Source: Erysipelothrix inopinata (GTDB lineage: Bacteria > Bacillota_I > Bacilli_A > Erysipelotrichales > Erysipelotrichaceae). Taken from it: a stretch of DNA of 32,000 nt. Position numbers and translations under genes: made by a program. Below, piece by piece: positions 1 to 8,607 of this stretch. The notes beneath the pieces were generated by a model. It saw nothing but the letters and a program-made list of their open reading frames with translations, did not search any database and was not told the DNA's origin. The stretch covers positions 2,070,001 to 2,102,000 of the forward strand of contig NZ_CP060715.1 of the NCBI RefSeq assembly GCF_014396165.1, given 5' to 3'. Position 1 is the first letter of the stretch. Each line of letters opens with the position of its first letter.

Positions 1-2570
1 TCTGAATCCTGCGATATTACTTGCATCATCCCATGTCTTAACGCCGGTTACCACTTTCGTATCAGCTTTATGAGTATTTGTGATATCTAAGCCTGTAATC
101 TTAGGTGTATACCCTGGCACTGTATCTTCAGTCACAGTATAGGTAATCAATTGGCCACCTTTGTATTCAGGTTGTCCTGCAAAGGTATAGATCCATGAGT
201 GTTCACCTTTAACCCATGTTGGTTCTGCCGTTACTTCTTCGCCATTTGCATGGAGTGTAATTTTGATTTCTTCAGGTCGAATACCATCTTGGTTCTTATT
301 ATCGTCCCATGTCTTCGTACCTGTCACATCAATCTTACTTGGTGTATGACTGTTTGTGATATTGAGTCCTTGAATATCTGTTGTATAGTGCTCGACAGCT
401 TCTTCAGTTACGGTATATTCAATATCGACACCATTTTCTTTCACTTCAAGATTCGCAAATTCATAGGTCCAAGTATTTTCAGCTTTGGTCCATGTTGGTT
501 CTGCGTTTACTTTTTCACCATTAGCGTAAAGGGTAATCTCAATTTCTGCTGGTCTGAATCCTGCGATATTACTTGCATCATCCCATGTCTTAATGCCGGT
601 TACCACTTTCGTATCAGCTTTATGACTGTTTGTGATATCTAAGCCTGTAATCTTAGGTGTGTATCCTGGTACTGTATCTTCAGTCACTGTATAAGTGATC
701 AATTGGCCACCTTTGAATTCAGGTTGTCCTGCAAAGGTATAGCTCCATGAGTGTTCACCTTTAACCCATGTAGGTTCTGCCGTTACTTCTTCGCCATTTG
801 CATAGAGTGTAATTTTGATTTCTTCAGGTCGGATACCATCTTGGTTCTTATTATCGTCCCATGTCTTCGTACCTATCACATCAATCTTACTTGGTGTGTG
901 ACTGTTTGTAATATTGAGTCCTTGAATATCTGTAGTGTAGTGCTCGACAGCTTCTTCAGTTACGGTATATTCAATATCGACACCATTTTCTTTCACTTCA
1001 AGATTCGCAAATTCATAGGTCCAAGTATTTTCAGCTTTGGTCCATGAAGGTTCTGCGTTTACTTTTTCACCATTAGCGTAAAGGGTAATCTCAATTTCTT
1101 CGGGTCTGAATCCTGCGATATTGCTTGCATCATCCCATGTCTTAACCCCTGTTACGGATCGTGTATCAGCCTTATGACTGTTTGTGATATCTAAACCTGT
1201 AATCTCAGGTGTATACCCTGGTACTGTATCTTCAGTCACAGTATAGGTAATCAATTGACCACCTTTGTATTCAGGTTGATTTGCAAAGGTATAGCTCCAT
1301 GAGTGTTCACCTTTAATCCATGTAGGTTCTGCCGTTACTTCTTCGCCATTTGCATAGAGTGTAATTTTGATTTCTTCAGGTCGGATGCCATCTTGGTTCT
1401 TATTATCGTCCCATGTCTTCGTACCTGTCACATCAATCTTACTTGGTGTATGACTGTTTGTAATGTTGAGTCCTTGAATATCTGTTGTGTAGTGTTCGAC
1501 AGCTTCTTCAGTTACGGTATATTCAATATCCACACCATTTTCTTTTTCAGGTAAATTTTCAAATGTATAGGTCCAAGTATTTTCTGCCTTGGTCCATGTT
1601 GGTTTAAGATTAAGCTCTGCACCATTGGCATGAAGTTTAACTGTAATCTCTTCGGGTCTGAATCCTGCGATATTGCTTGCATCATCCCATGTCTTAACCC
1701 CTGTTACGGATCGTGTATCAGCTTTATGACTGTTTGTGATATCTAAGCCTGTAATCTTAGGTGTATAGCCTGGCACTGTATCTTCAGTCACAGTATAGGT
1801 AATCAATTGACCACCTTTGTATTCAGGTTGTCCTGCAAAGGTATAGCTCCATGAGTGTTCACCTTTAACCCATGTTGGTTCTGCCGTTACTTTTTCACCA
1901 TTTGCATAGAGTGTAATTTTGATTTCTTCAGGTCGGATGCCATCTTGGTTCTTATTATCGTCCCATGTCTTCGTTCCTGTCACATCAATCTTACTTGGTG
2001 TATGACTGTTTGTAATATTGAGTCCTTGAATATCTGTTGTGTAGTGTTCGACAGCTTCTTCAGTTACGGTATATTCAATATCAACACCATTTTCTTTTTC
2101 AGGTAAATTTTCAAATGTATAGGTCCAAGTATTTTCTGCCTTGGTCCATGTTGGTTTAAGATTAAGCTCTGTACCATTGGCATGAAGTTTAACTGTAATC
2201 TCTTCGGGTCTGAATCCTGCGATATTGCTTGCATCATCCCATGTCTTAACCCCTGTTACGGATCGTGTATCAGCTTTATGACTGTTTATGATATCTCGTC
2301 CAGTTATCTTTGTAGTATACCCTGGTACTTCTTCTTCAGTCACAGTATATGTAATTAATTGGCCACCTTTGAATTCAGGTTGTCCTGCAAAGGTATAGCT
2401 CCATGAGTGTTCACCTTTAACCCATGTTGGTTCTGCCGTTACTTTTTCACCATTTGCATAGAGTGTAATTTTGATTTCTTCAGGTCGAATGCCATCTTGG
2501 TTCTTATTATCGTCCCATGTCTTCGTACCTGTCACATCAATCTTACTTGGTGTATGACTGTTTGTAATCG
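1..2570. repeat. Tandem array of a 552-bp unit (two alternating Cna_B modules), about 4.6 copies in the window and continuing past position 1.
   Basis: The spurious plus-strand ORFs recur at 199, 751, 1303, 1855 and 2407, an exact 552-bp spacing, with near-identical sequence. Direct reading shows long identical blocks, for example tctgaatcctgcgatatt at 1, 554, 1658 and 2210. Confidence 0.9.
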
Positions 2571-5500
2571 TAAATTCTTGGACATCTTTAGTATATCCTT
2601 CTGGAACTACTTTCTCATCGACGGTATACGTAATTTCTTCACCATTCGCAAATTTTGGTAATGATGGATACGTGAAATTCCATGTATCCTTATTCGTATT
2701 TGTCCAAATTGGTGATGCTTTTACTTCTTGTCCATTTGCGTAAAGAATGATTGAAACTTCATCAGGTCGGATACCATCTTGGTTCTTATTATCATCCCAA
2801 ACTTTCGTTCCAGATACGGTTTTTGTATCTGCTTTGTGAGTGTTTGTGATGTCTAAGCCGACGATAAGTTTATCATATCCGTCTACTTTAGTTTCTTCGA
2901 CAGTATATTCAATTTCTTTACCATTTGCATACTTATCAAGATTTGAGTAAGTATAGCTCCACACATTCTTAGAATCAGTTTTCCATGTTGGTGTTGCTTC
3001 TACTTTGGTACCATCAGCGAATAATGTAATTTCGACTGTTTCAGGTCTGAGACCATCACTGTCATTATTATCAACCCATGTTTTTGTACCCGTTACATTG
3101 CGTTTACTTACTGTTCGTGAGTTCGTAATGTTTTTACCAGTTACGTTTGAAGTATAGTTTGCGACTTCATCTTCGGTAATCGTATATTGAATTACGGTTC
3201 CATTTTCTTTTTCGGGTACGTTTTCAAATGTATAGGTCCATGTATCACCATTCTTAACCCATGTTGGTTCAAGATTGAGTTCTGTGCCATTGGCATGAAG
3301 TCTTACCTTGATTGAACCTGGACGAAGGCCTTCTTTATTGGATGCATCTTCCCATGTTTTTGTACCCGTTACATTGCGTTTACTTACTGTTCGTGAGTTC
3401 GTAATGTTTTTACCAGTTACGTTTGAAGTATAGTTTGCGACTTCATCTTCGGTAATCGTATATTGAATTACGGTTCCATTTTCTTTTTCGGGTACGTTTT
3501 CAAATGTATAGGTCCATGTATCACCATTCTTAACCCATGTTGGTTCAAGATTGAGTTCTGTGCCATTGGCATGAAGTCTTACCTTGATTGAACCTGGACG
3601 AAGGCCTTCTTTATTGGATGCATCTTCCCATGTTTTAGTACCACTAATATTTATCGTTTTGTTTTCTACGAATTTATTAATGATATGAGTTCCATTAATT
3701 TCTTTCTCATAGTTTGGAAGTTGACTTACTTCATCAACGGTATAGATATACTTATTACCACTTGGATCTTTGGCATTTAGTCCTGACCAAGTATATGAGT
3801 TCGTTCCGTTTTCTAGTTCTACGGGCGCTCCCAGTTTATTACCATTTTGGAAGAGTTGTACAGAAATCGTTGGATGGACGTCTGGTCCACCTACCCATTC
3901 TTTCGTAACGGTAACTGAAGTTTTTTCATTCTTCGAGTTAATAACTTGAAGGGTATTGGTTCCTGATTTAACTGTAAACGGAATCTTACCTTCTTGGGCA
4001 ATATACCCTGCAGGTGCTTTAGTTTCAACAAGGTAATAACTTTCACCTACCGCAAGGTTAGGGAGTGTTACATTACCATTTGAATTCGTCACAAGATTAC
4101 TTAAGACAAGACGGTCTCGTGAGTCATAAACACTAAACTGTGCACCTTCAAGTTTGAGATTTTTATTAAATTCATCCACTTTTTCGATGACAACATCGTC
4201 ACGTTCAAGATAAACTCTTGCTTCTGCACCCGGTGCATCCATGTAGGTTGTACCTTCATTAAGAGTTAGCGCAAAGTTATTGAATGCGATATCGTTATCT
4301 TTGATATTTGGATTATTTGGAATAACGTTGTTAGTAAATAATTGAACAGTTTGATTAACTCCCACAGTTTTTCCTGATTTCAGTACCGCCTTAATCATCG
4401 TTACTTTACTATAATCAGAAACTGAGCTTACCCAGTTAACACTTGGTTCATTCTTCACATCTTTTAGAGGTTCATCAACTGAATAATAGATATCAAACGT
4501 ATCAGAACTGATAGCTTGAGTTAATGGAGTCTTAAATTGAGATCCTCTAGGAGTATGTGAACCATCACTATTGGCAACAATCGAAACATCTCCTGGATAA
4601 GGGAGTACATTGATCAATGTCATTGAGTTAATTGCAGATGAACTATCATTGACAAGATTCCAACGATAATCTACTTTGCTTCCACGTGTTGCGTCACGAC
4701 CTGTCGATGAAGCAAATTGTGATCCTGATTTATCTGGATTCTTTACTTCATTATAGGATGAGAATACTCGGGCAGGCTTGATGGTTACATTAATTTTGCC
4801 AAAATTAACAATGCTCTTTGGAGCATCCAATCGGTTATCACCATCTTGAATGATATCCAACCAGGAATTATTCCAAAAATGATTTTCAGTAACAAATCCA
4901 ACTTGTTTTCCATTTACAGTTTTTAGCTTGTTATTATCTTGCATATAAGCTGCATCAAATTCATATGTTTTTTCTTTAACTCGCTCTGACACCTTGATTT
5001 TCAATTGATATTCATGGGTTGCAGAATCAGAATAAAATCCTGGTTTTCCTTTTACATCAAAAACTTTAACTGGCTTCGCAATGACAAGTGTTTGGCCATT
5101 TTTAAAGTTCTTTAATGTTTTAATGCTTTCAAAGAATTGGCTATTATCACCAGTTACTTCAAAACCTTCTGGAAGTAAGTAATATACGTTCGGATTTTCT
5201 GCACGTGCAGAGTAAGATGCATCTCCTAAAATAGAAGCATATGAACGCATCATTAGTGTGAATTCATCTCCTGGGAAGAATGTATTTCCTTCCAAGGATC
5301 TTAAAACATCATTTCTACCAACTTGAGCATATTCAAGATTGATCAATACTTTAGCCTTTTTAGTTGTTTGGAAGGTTGATTTGATTCCAGTATTTCCTTC
5401 AATTGATGCAATGACTTGAACATTCGATTCAAATTCACTCTTAGGAAGAGCTGAGTTTGTATTAAATTTTTCCTTAAGTTCTTCAAACGATTTCTCGCTC

Positions 5501-7185
5501 GGTGTAAAAATAACTTCAGAGTGAACTTTATCTAAAAGATCAATGCTTCCCTCATCTTTAGTAAATGAAATTCCACCATTAGGATATTCAAATAAAACTT
5601 TTGTAAAATCTCCTTTTTGACCTGCTTTGACCCATTCTGATCCATTAAATGTTGATTCAACACTCGAGCCAGAGGTTCCAGTATTAATAGTTCCTAGAAG
5701 AACTCTATCAGTTCCTTTAACTCCGTACACCTTTGTACCATTTATTTTACTATTTAGTATCGCTTTATCAGATTCCTCAACAGAACCAATAAAGCCAATT
5801 CTAAATTCTTCGACATTCATAAATGATGGAACATCTAAAGTAGATGTTTCAATCGTTGCTTTGGATGGTCCAACATTTGGATCTCCTTCATTTTTAAGTC
5901 CCGAAGCATTTTTATGTGTCATTCTAAGACGAAGTTTATTATCGTTCAACTCAGAATATTTTAAGATTGCGGTTGCACTTGTCTTATCGGTAAAATGTTC
6001 AGGTCTTGATGAAACATAGTTATAATTTTCGTCAACGAAATTTACCCAAACCTGAGTATCGCCAAGCCATTTGTTATTTTCTTCGACAGTGCGAATAAAA
6101 TATTTATTTTGTCCACTGTAATTATTGGTTGTAAGATCTGTTTGTACAACGCCATTTTCTACGATTTTAATTTCTAATGGTACGGTAATAACATGAGGTT
6201 CTGCTTGAGAAGTGTTTTTCAAATTTATTCCTGAAATATCGAGTTTTATCCCAGATCCAGGGTAAATAAATTTTTCACCATCATGAACACTTTTATGTAA
6301 GTTTTCTCGTGTTAAATCGCGATAATATTTGGTGCCATCAAAACTCCATGATCCCAGTCCATCATCAACAATTTTCGCTCCGGCTGGAATTGTTGCGTAA
6401 ACACGGCGATCTCGGGAGTCATTAGTCACAGATCCAGAAACACCTGTCATTCCTTCTGACAAGAAGAAATCAGAGGTATTCTCTGGGATAATACCATCTA
6501 CTACTATATCAGTCATATCTCTCTCTATAATTGAGAAATAAGGTTTTTCCATCGTTGCAGACATTTTGACTTTCAATTCATTAGCTGCAATTTCTTTACC
6601 ATCAGGAGTTGTCCACGTTTGTGAAATAGTAAATGTTTTATTATTTGCTGGTGCATTATCCTTCATCGTTAGTTTAATTGGAATTGAAACATCGGTTCCT
6701 CCCGCCAAACTTTTTGATTTGATAGTGATAACATAATTATTTCCTACCAATTGAACTGATGCATCTTTATAGTACTCAGCTTTTACTAAGACATCTGATG
6801 CCTTTAATTCATTAATGTACTGCTTTGGCACATTAATTTTCAAAGTAGAATTCTCCGGTATAACATTCGATTCTGTTGAGGATATAATTAAATCAGTATA
6901 AACCGAAAATGTATCTCCCCCTTGGTAGCTATCTTTTTCACTTTGACCAAAAGATAAGCCAGATTGAATGTTAGAATTTGCTGCAGCTGCAGCAACCTGA
7001 ACAGTTTTTTGCTTTGGAGTCTCAGATTCTTGTGTCTTATCATTATCGATCGTTTCGGTCAGGGTTTCCTTGTTCACCAAATCAACTTGAGGTTGCATTG
7101 ATTCTTCTGCCCGAACAAGAGTTTGTGTCGAAACGAGGGCTAAGACCAAGGTCGTCAACAAGATATTTCTAAATCTCTTTTTCAT
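1..7185 (-). CDS. Giant secreted cell-surface adhesin; 3' end (C-terminus, presumably the sorting signal) lies outside the window. Signal peptide, then about 990 aa of non-repetitive region, a SpaA/prealbumin-fold domain, and at least 14 Cna_B-type domains.
   Basis: The minus frame appears open from 7185 to 1: spot translations at several points are in frame, and the ORF track shows no stop-bounded minus-strand fragments here. ATG at 7185-7183 has a GAAGGGA Shine-Dalgarno about 7 nt upstream. N-terminus MKKRFRNILLTTLVLALVSTQTLVRA/EE is a Sec signal peptide. About 4215-3990 encodes VEKVDEFNKNLKLEGAQFSVYDS..NGNVTLPNLAVGESYYLVETKAPAGY, the SpaA/SdrD-B fold motif. From about 3950 to 1 there are 92-aa modules matching the Cna_B signature: GTKTWDDxxNxxGxRPxxIxxxLxANG...PTW...W.YTF..LP...G..I.YTVTE..V.GY..xI.G..ITNSH. 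Confidence 0.85.
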   Translation of the reverse strand, partial: MKKRFRNILLTTLVLALVSTQTLVRAEESMQPQVDLVNKETLTETIDNDKTQESETPKQKTVQVAAAAANSNIQSGLSFGQSEKDSYQGGDTFSVYTDLIISSTESNVIPENSTLKINVPKQYINELKASDVLVKAEYYKDASVQLVGNNYVITIKSKSLAGGTDVSIPIKLTMKDNAPANNKTFTISQTWTTPDGKEIAANELKVKMSATMEKPYFSIIERDMTDIVVDGIIPENTSDFFLSEGMTGVSGSVTNDSRDRRVYATIPAGAKIVDDGLGSWSFDGTKYYRDLTRENLHKSVHDGEKFIYPGSGIKLDISGINLKNTSQAEPHVITVPLEIKIVENGVVQTDLTTNNYSGQNKYFIRTVEENNKWLGDTQVWVNFVDENYNYVSSRPEHFTDKTSATAILKYSELNDNKLRLRMTHKNASGLKNEGDPNVGPSKATIETSTLDVPSFMNVEEFRIGFIGSVEESDKAILNSKINGTKVYGVKGTDRVLLGTINTGTSGSSVESTFNGSEWVKAGQKGDFTKVLFEYPNGGISFTKDEGSIDLLDKVHSEVIFTPSEKSFEELKEKFNTNSALPKSEFESNVQVIASIEGNTGIKSTFQTTKKAKVLINLEYAQVGRNDVLRSLEGNTFFPGDEFTLMMRSYASILGDASYSARAENPNVYYLLPEGFEVTGDNSQFFESIKTLKNFKNGQTLVIAKPVKVFDVKGKPGFYSDSATHEYQLKIKVSERVKEKTYEFDAAYMQDNNKLKTVNGKQVGFVTENHFWNNSWLDIIQDGDNRLDAPKSIVNFGKINVTIKPARVFSSYNEVKNPDKSGSQFASSTGRDATRGSKVDYRWNLVNDSSSAINSMTLINVLPYPGDVSIVANSDGSHTPRGSQFKTPLTQAISSDTFDIYYSVDEPLKDVKNEPSVNWVSSVSDYSKVTMIKAVLKSGKTVGVNQTVQLFTNNVIPNNPNIKDNDIAFNNFALTLNEGTTYMDAPGAEARVYLERDDVVIEKVDEFNKNLKLEGAQFSVYDSRDRLVLSNLVTNSNGNVTLPNLAVGESYYLVETKAPAGYIAQEGKIPFTVKSGTNTLQVINSKNEKTSVTVTKEWVGGPDVHPTISVQLFQNGNKLGAPVELENGTNSYTWSGLNAKDPSGNKYIYTVDEVSQLPNYEKEINGTHIINKFVENKTINISGTKTWEDASNKEGLRPGSIKVRLHANGTELNLEPTWVKNGDTWTYTFENVPEKENGTVIQYTITEDEVANYTSNVTGKNITNSRTVSKRNVTGTKTWEDASNKEGLRPGSIKVRLHANGTELNLEPTWVKNGDTWTYTFENVPEKENGTVIQYTITEDEVANYTSNVTGKNITNSRTVSKRNVTGTKTWVDNNDSDGLRPETVEITLFADGTKVEATPTWKTDSKNVWSYTYSNLDKYANGKEIEYTVEETKVDGYDKLIVGLDITNTHKADTKTVSGTKVWDDNKNQDGIRPDEVSIILYANGQEVKASPIWTNTNKDTWNFTYPSLPKFANGEEITYTVDEKVVPEGYTKDVQEFTITNSHTPSKIDVTGTKTWDDNKNQDGIRPEEIKITLYANGEKVTAEPTWVKGEHSWSYTFAGQPEFKGGQLITYTVTEEEVPGYTTKITGRDIINSHKADTRSVTGVKTWDDASNIAGFRPEEITVKLHANGTELNLKPTWTKAENTWTYTFENLPEKENGVDIEYTVTEEAVEHYTTDIQGLNITNSHTPSKIDVTGTKTWDDNKNQDGIRPEEIKITLYANGEKVTAEPTWVKGEHSWSYTFAGQPEYKGGQLITYTVTEDTVPGYTPKITGLDITNSHKADTRSVTGVKTWDDASNIAGFRPEEITVKLHANGAELNLKPTWTKAENTWTYTFENLPEKENGVDIEYTVTEEAVEHYTTDIQGLNITNSHTPSKIDVTGTKTWDDNKNQDGIRPEEIKITLYANGEEVTAEPTWIKGEHSWSYTFANQPEYKGGQLITYTVTEDTVPGYTPEITGLDITNSHKADTRSVTGVKTWDDASNIAGFRPEEIEITLYANGEKVNAEPSWTKAENTWTYEFANLEVKENGVDIEYTVTEEAVEHYTTDIQGLNITNSHTPSKIDVIGTKTWDDNKNQDGIRPEEIKITLYANGEEVTAEPTWVKGEHSWSYTFAGQPEFKGGQLITYTVTEDTVPGYTPKITGLDITNSHKADTKVVTGIKTWDDASNIAGFRPAEIEITLYANGEKVNAEPTWTKAENTWTYEFANLEVKENGVDIEYTVTEEAVEHYTTDIQGLNITNSHTPSKIDVTGTKTWDDNKNQDGIRPEEIKITLHANGEEVTAEPTWVKGEHSWIYTFAGQPEYKGGQLITYTVTEDTVPGYTPKITGLDITNTHKADTKVVTGVKTWDDASNIAGFR
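3075..3636. repeat. Apparently perfect 276-bp tandem duplication (one Cna_B module duplicated, about 2.04 copies).
   Basis: By eye, 3075-3360 reads identically to 3351-3636 (offset 276 bp). Both encode ..TKTWEDASNKEGLRPGSIKVRLHANGTELNLEPTWVKNGDTWTYTFENVPEKENGTVIQYTITEDEVANYTSNVTGKNITNSRTVSKRNVTG. Confidence 0.85.
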
Positions 7186-7484
7186 ATTCTTCCCTTCTTA
7201 GTACAGACTATCGTCATGTACATATATAATTAAATATACACGCAAAATTCGATACATCGATGTATTCAAAACGAAAATAGAGTGAGTATTATATGAAGAT
7301 TATGAAAGATTTGTGAAACGAAACTTTAAGGTTCTCCTCCTAGTAGTTAAGAAGAGCACTGATTAGTCTTGTTATTACTAAAGATTTCTAGTGAAACAAA
7401 TATATCTAAAATCCCAGACGTGATATGATTTGATAACAATAGGTTCTATATATTGATACTATTAAATAAACGGAGGCACAATTC

Positions 7485-7931
7485 ATGATCTCTAAATCAA
7501 AATCAAGATTCCAACAATTCATCAGAGCAATATTAATTATTTATTATTGGTTTGTTTGTACTGCTGCACTTATTACACTGAGTGAGAAACTGAATTTCAA
7601 CTCACAAATTGTATCAATCATAGCTTTTTCAATATTAGTCCTTTCTATTATTATTTTTGGTCTTAATATTATTTGGTACCAAAAAGATGATAAAAAAACT
7701 ACCATTAAACTTACAAATAACGATTTAAATATCTTAGTTAAAAAGAATTTGTGGATAGTTTCTCTAACTAGTCTGTTACTTTTAGTCGTATATTGGATGA
7801 TGCAAGTTAACTACCAATTGGAATACTTCGCAATTCTTGTATCATTTGGTCTTGTGCCGCCACTTGCGTGGTCATTCATTAAAATGGTTAGAGCTAAAAC
7901 GATTCTAAATCGTCGTGAGGAATCGCTTTAA
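7485..7931 (+). CDS. Hypothetical small integral membrane protein (about 4 TM segments).
   Basis: 148-aa ORF with a GGAGG Shine-Dalgarno (aaacggaggcacaattcATG). Hydrophobic stretches include ILIIYYWFVCTAALITL, IVSIIAFSILVLSIIIFGLNIIW, LWIVSLTSLLLLVVYWMM and FAILVSFGLVPPLAWSF. Followed by an intrinsic terminator. No family recognised. Confidence 0.65.
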   Translation: MISKSKSRFQQFIRAILIIYYWFVCTAALITLSEKLNFNSQIVSIIAFSILVLSIIIFGLNIIWYQKDDKKTTIKLTNNDLNILVKKNLWIVSLTSLLLLVVYWMMQVNYQLEYFAILVSFGLVPPLAWSFIKMVRAKTILNRREESL

Positions 7932-7943
7932 TAGCAAAGCTTA

Positions 7944-7977
7944 AAAGAAGGGTATCAAGCGATACCCTTCTTTATTT
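7944..7977. terminator. Rho-independent terminator between convergent genes (probably bidirectional).
   Basis: Stem gaagggtatc (7947-7956), loop aagc, stem gatacccttc (7961-7970), followed by tttattt and preceded by aaaa. Confidence 0.8.
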
Positions 7978-7985
7978 CAATGCTT

Positions 7986-8432
7986 CTACTCTTTTAAATC
8001 TAAAATTTTAAATCGGTCTGCAATTTCTTTATACATACTTTGAATCATGGTTTCATCAATAATCATTCGTGCAGAAACTATGTGTATTTGGTTATCATAG
8101 ATATCCTCGATTACTTTATACAATACCTCTTCTATTTCATCTTTACGAAGCTCATCCATTTGTGATGGAAGATAAAGAAGTCCTGTATGGAGTCTCAACT
8201 CTACGAAACTATCATAACTCAGTCCTTTATCCACTGATAATGGTCGATTAAGAAGACTATTTTTGATGAGATCACCATTTGAATCTATATAATCAGCATA
8301 TAGCATTCTTTTGAAAATACGATATTCCGGCAAGTTATCTCTGTATCCATATAATTCATCAGAATATTTTTGAGTTTCGGTTAGTCTTTCCAACAAGGCA
8401 TCAAGAATTACTTTATCGAGTGGTTCCATCAT
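7986..8432 (-). CDS. Hypothetical cytoplasmic acidic protein, 148 aa, no family recognised.
   Basis: ORF with an AAGAGGTGA Shine-Dalgarno directly upstream of the ATG (ctataaagaggtgagATGATG). No signal peptide or TM segment. Confidence 0.6.
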   Translation of the reverse strand: MMEPLDKVILDALLERLTETQKYSDELYGYRDNLPEYRIFKRMLYADYIDSNGDLIKNSLLNRPLSVDKGLSYDSFVELRLHTGLLYLPSQMDELRKDEIEEVLYKVIEDIYDNQIHIVSARMIIDETMIQSMYKEIADRFKILDLKE

Positions 8433-8525
8433 CTCACCTCTTTATAGATCTATTATACCCCTGACTGCGAACAATAACAATTTTACTCCCTCCAACAAGT
8501 TTAAGCCTTACAAATCCTTCCATAA

Positions 8526-8571
8526 AGTAAAATACCAACACTAATCTCTTAAACTTAGGTATTAGAGTTGG
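8526..8571 (-). terminator. Intrinsic terminator downstream of the 1,080-aa surface protein gene.
   Basis: On the minus strand: CCAACTCTAAT, 15-nt loop, ATTAGTGTTGG (11-bp stem with one mismatch), then TATTTTAC. Confidence 0.55.
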
Positions 8572-8607
8572 CATTGTATTTGTTTCACTTCAAGACAAAT
8601 CAATTAT

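Noticed and set aside
199-2661. Five plus-strand ORFs (83-147 aa, MFTFNPCWFCRYFF...) recurring every 552 bp.
   Set aside because: They are antisense read-through of the Cna_B repeat array. They are Cys/Phe-rich and low-complexity, have no Shine-Dalgarno, and their periodicity simply mirrors the coding repeats on the minus strand.
1-3636. Regularly spaced repeats that could superficially suggest a CRISPR-like array.
   Set aside because: The units are 276 and 552 bp, contiguous with no unique spacers, and fully inside one open reading frame that encodes Cna_B domains.
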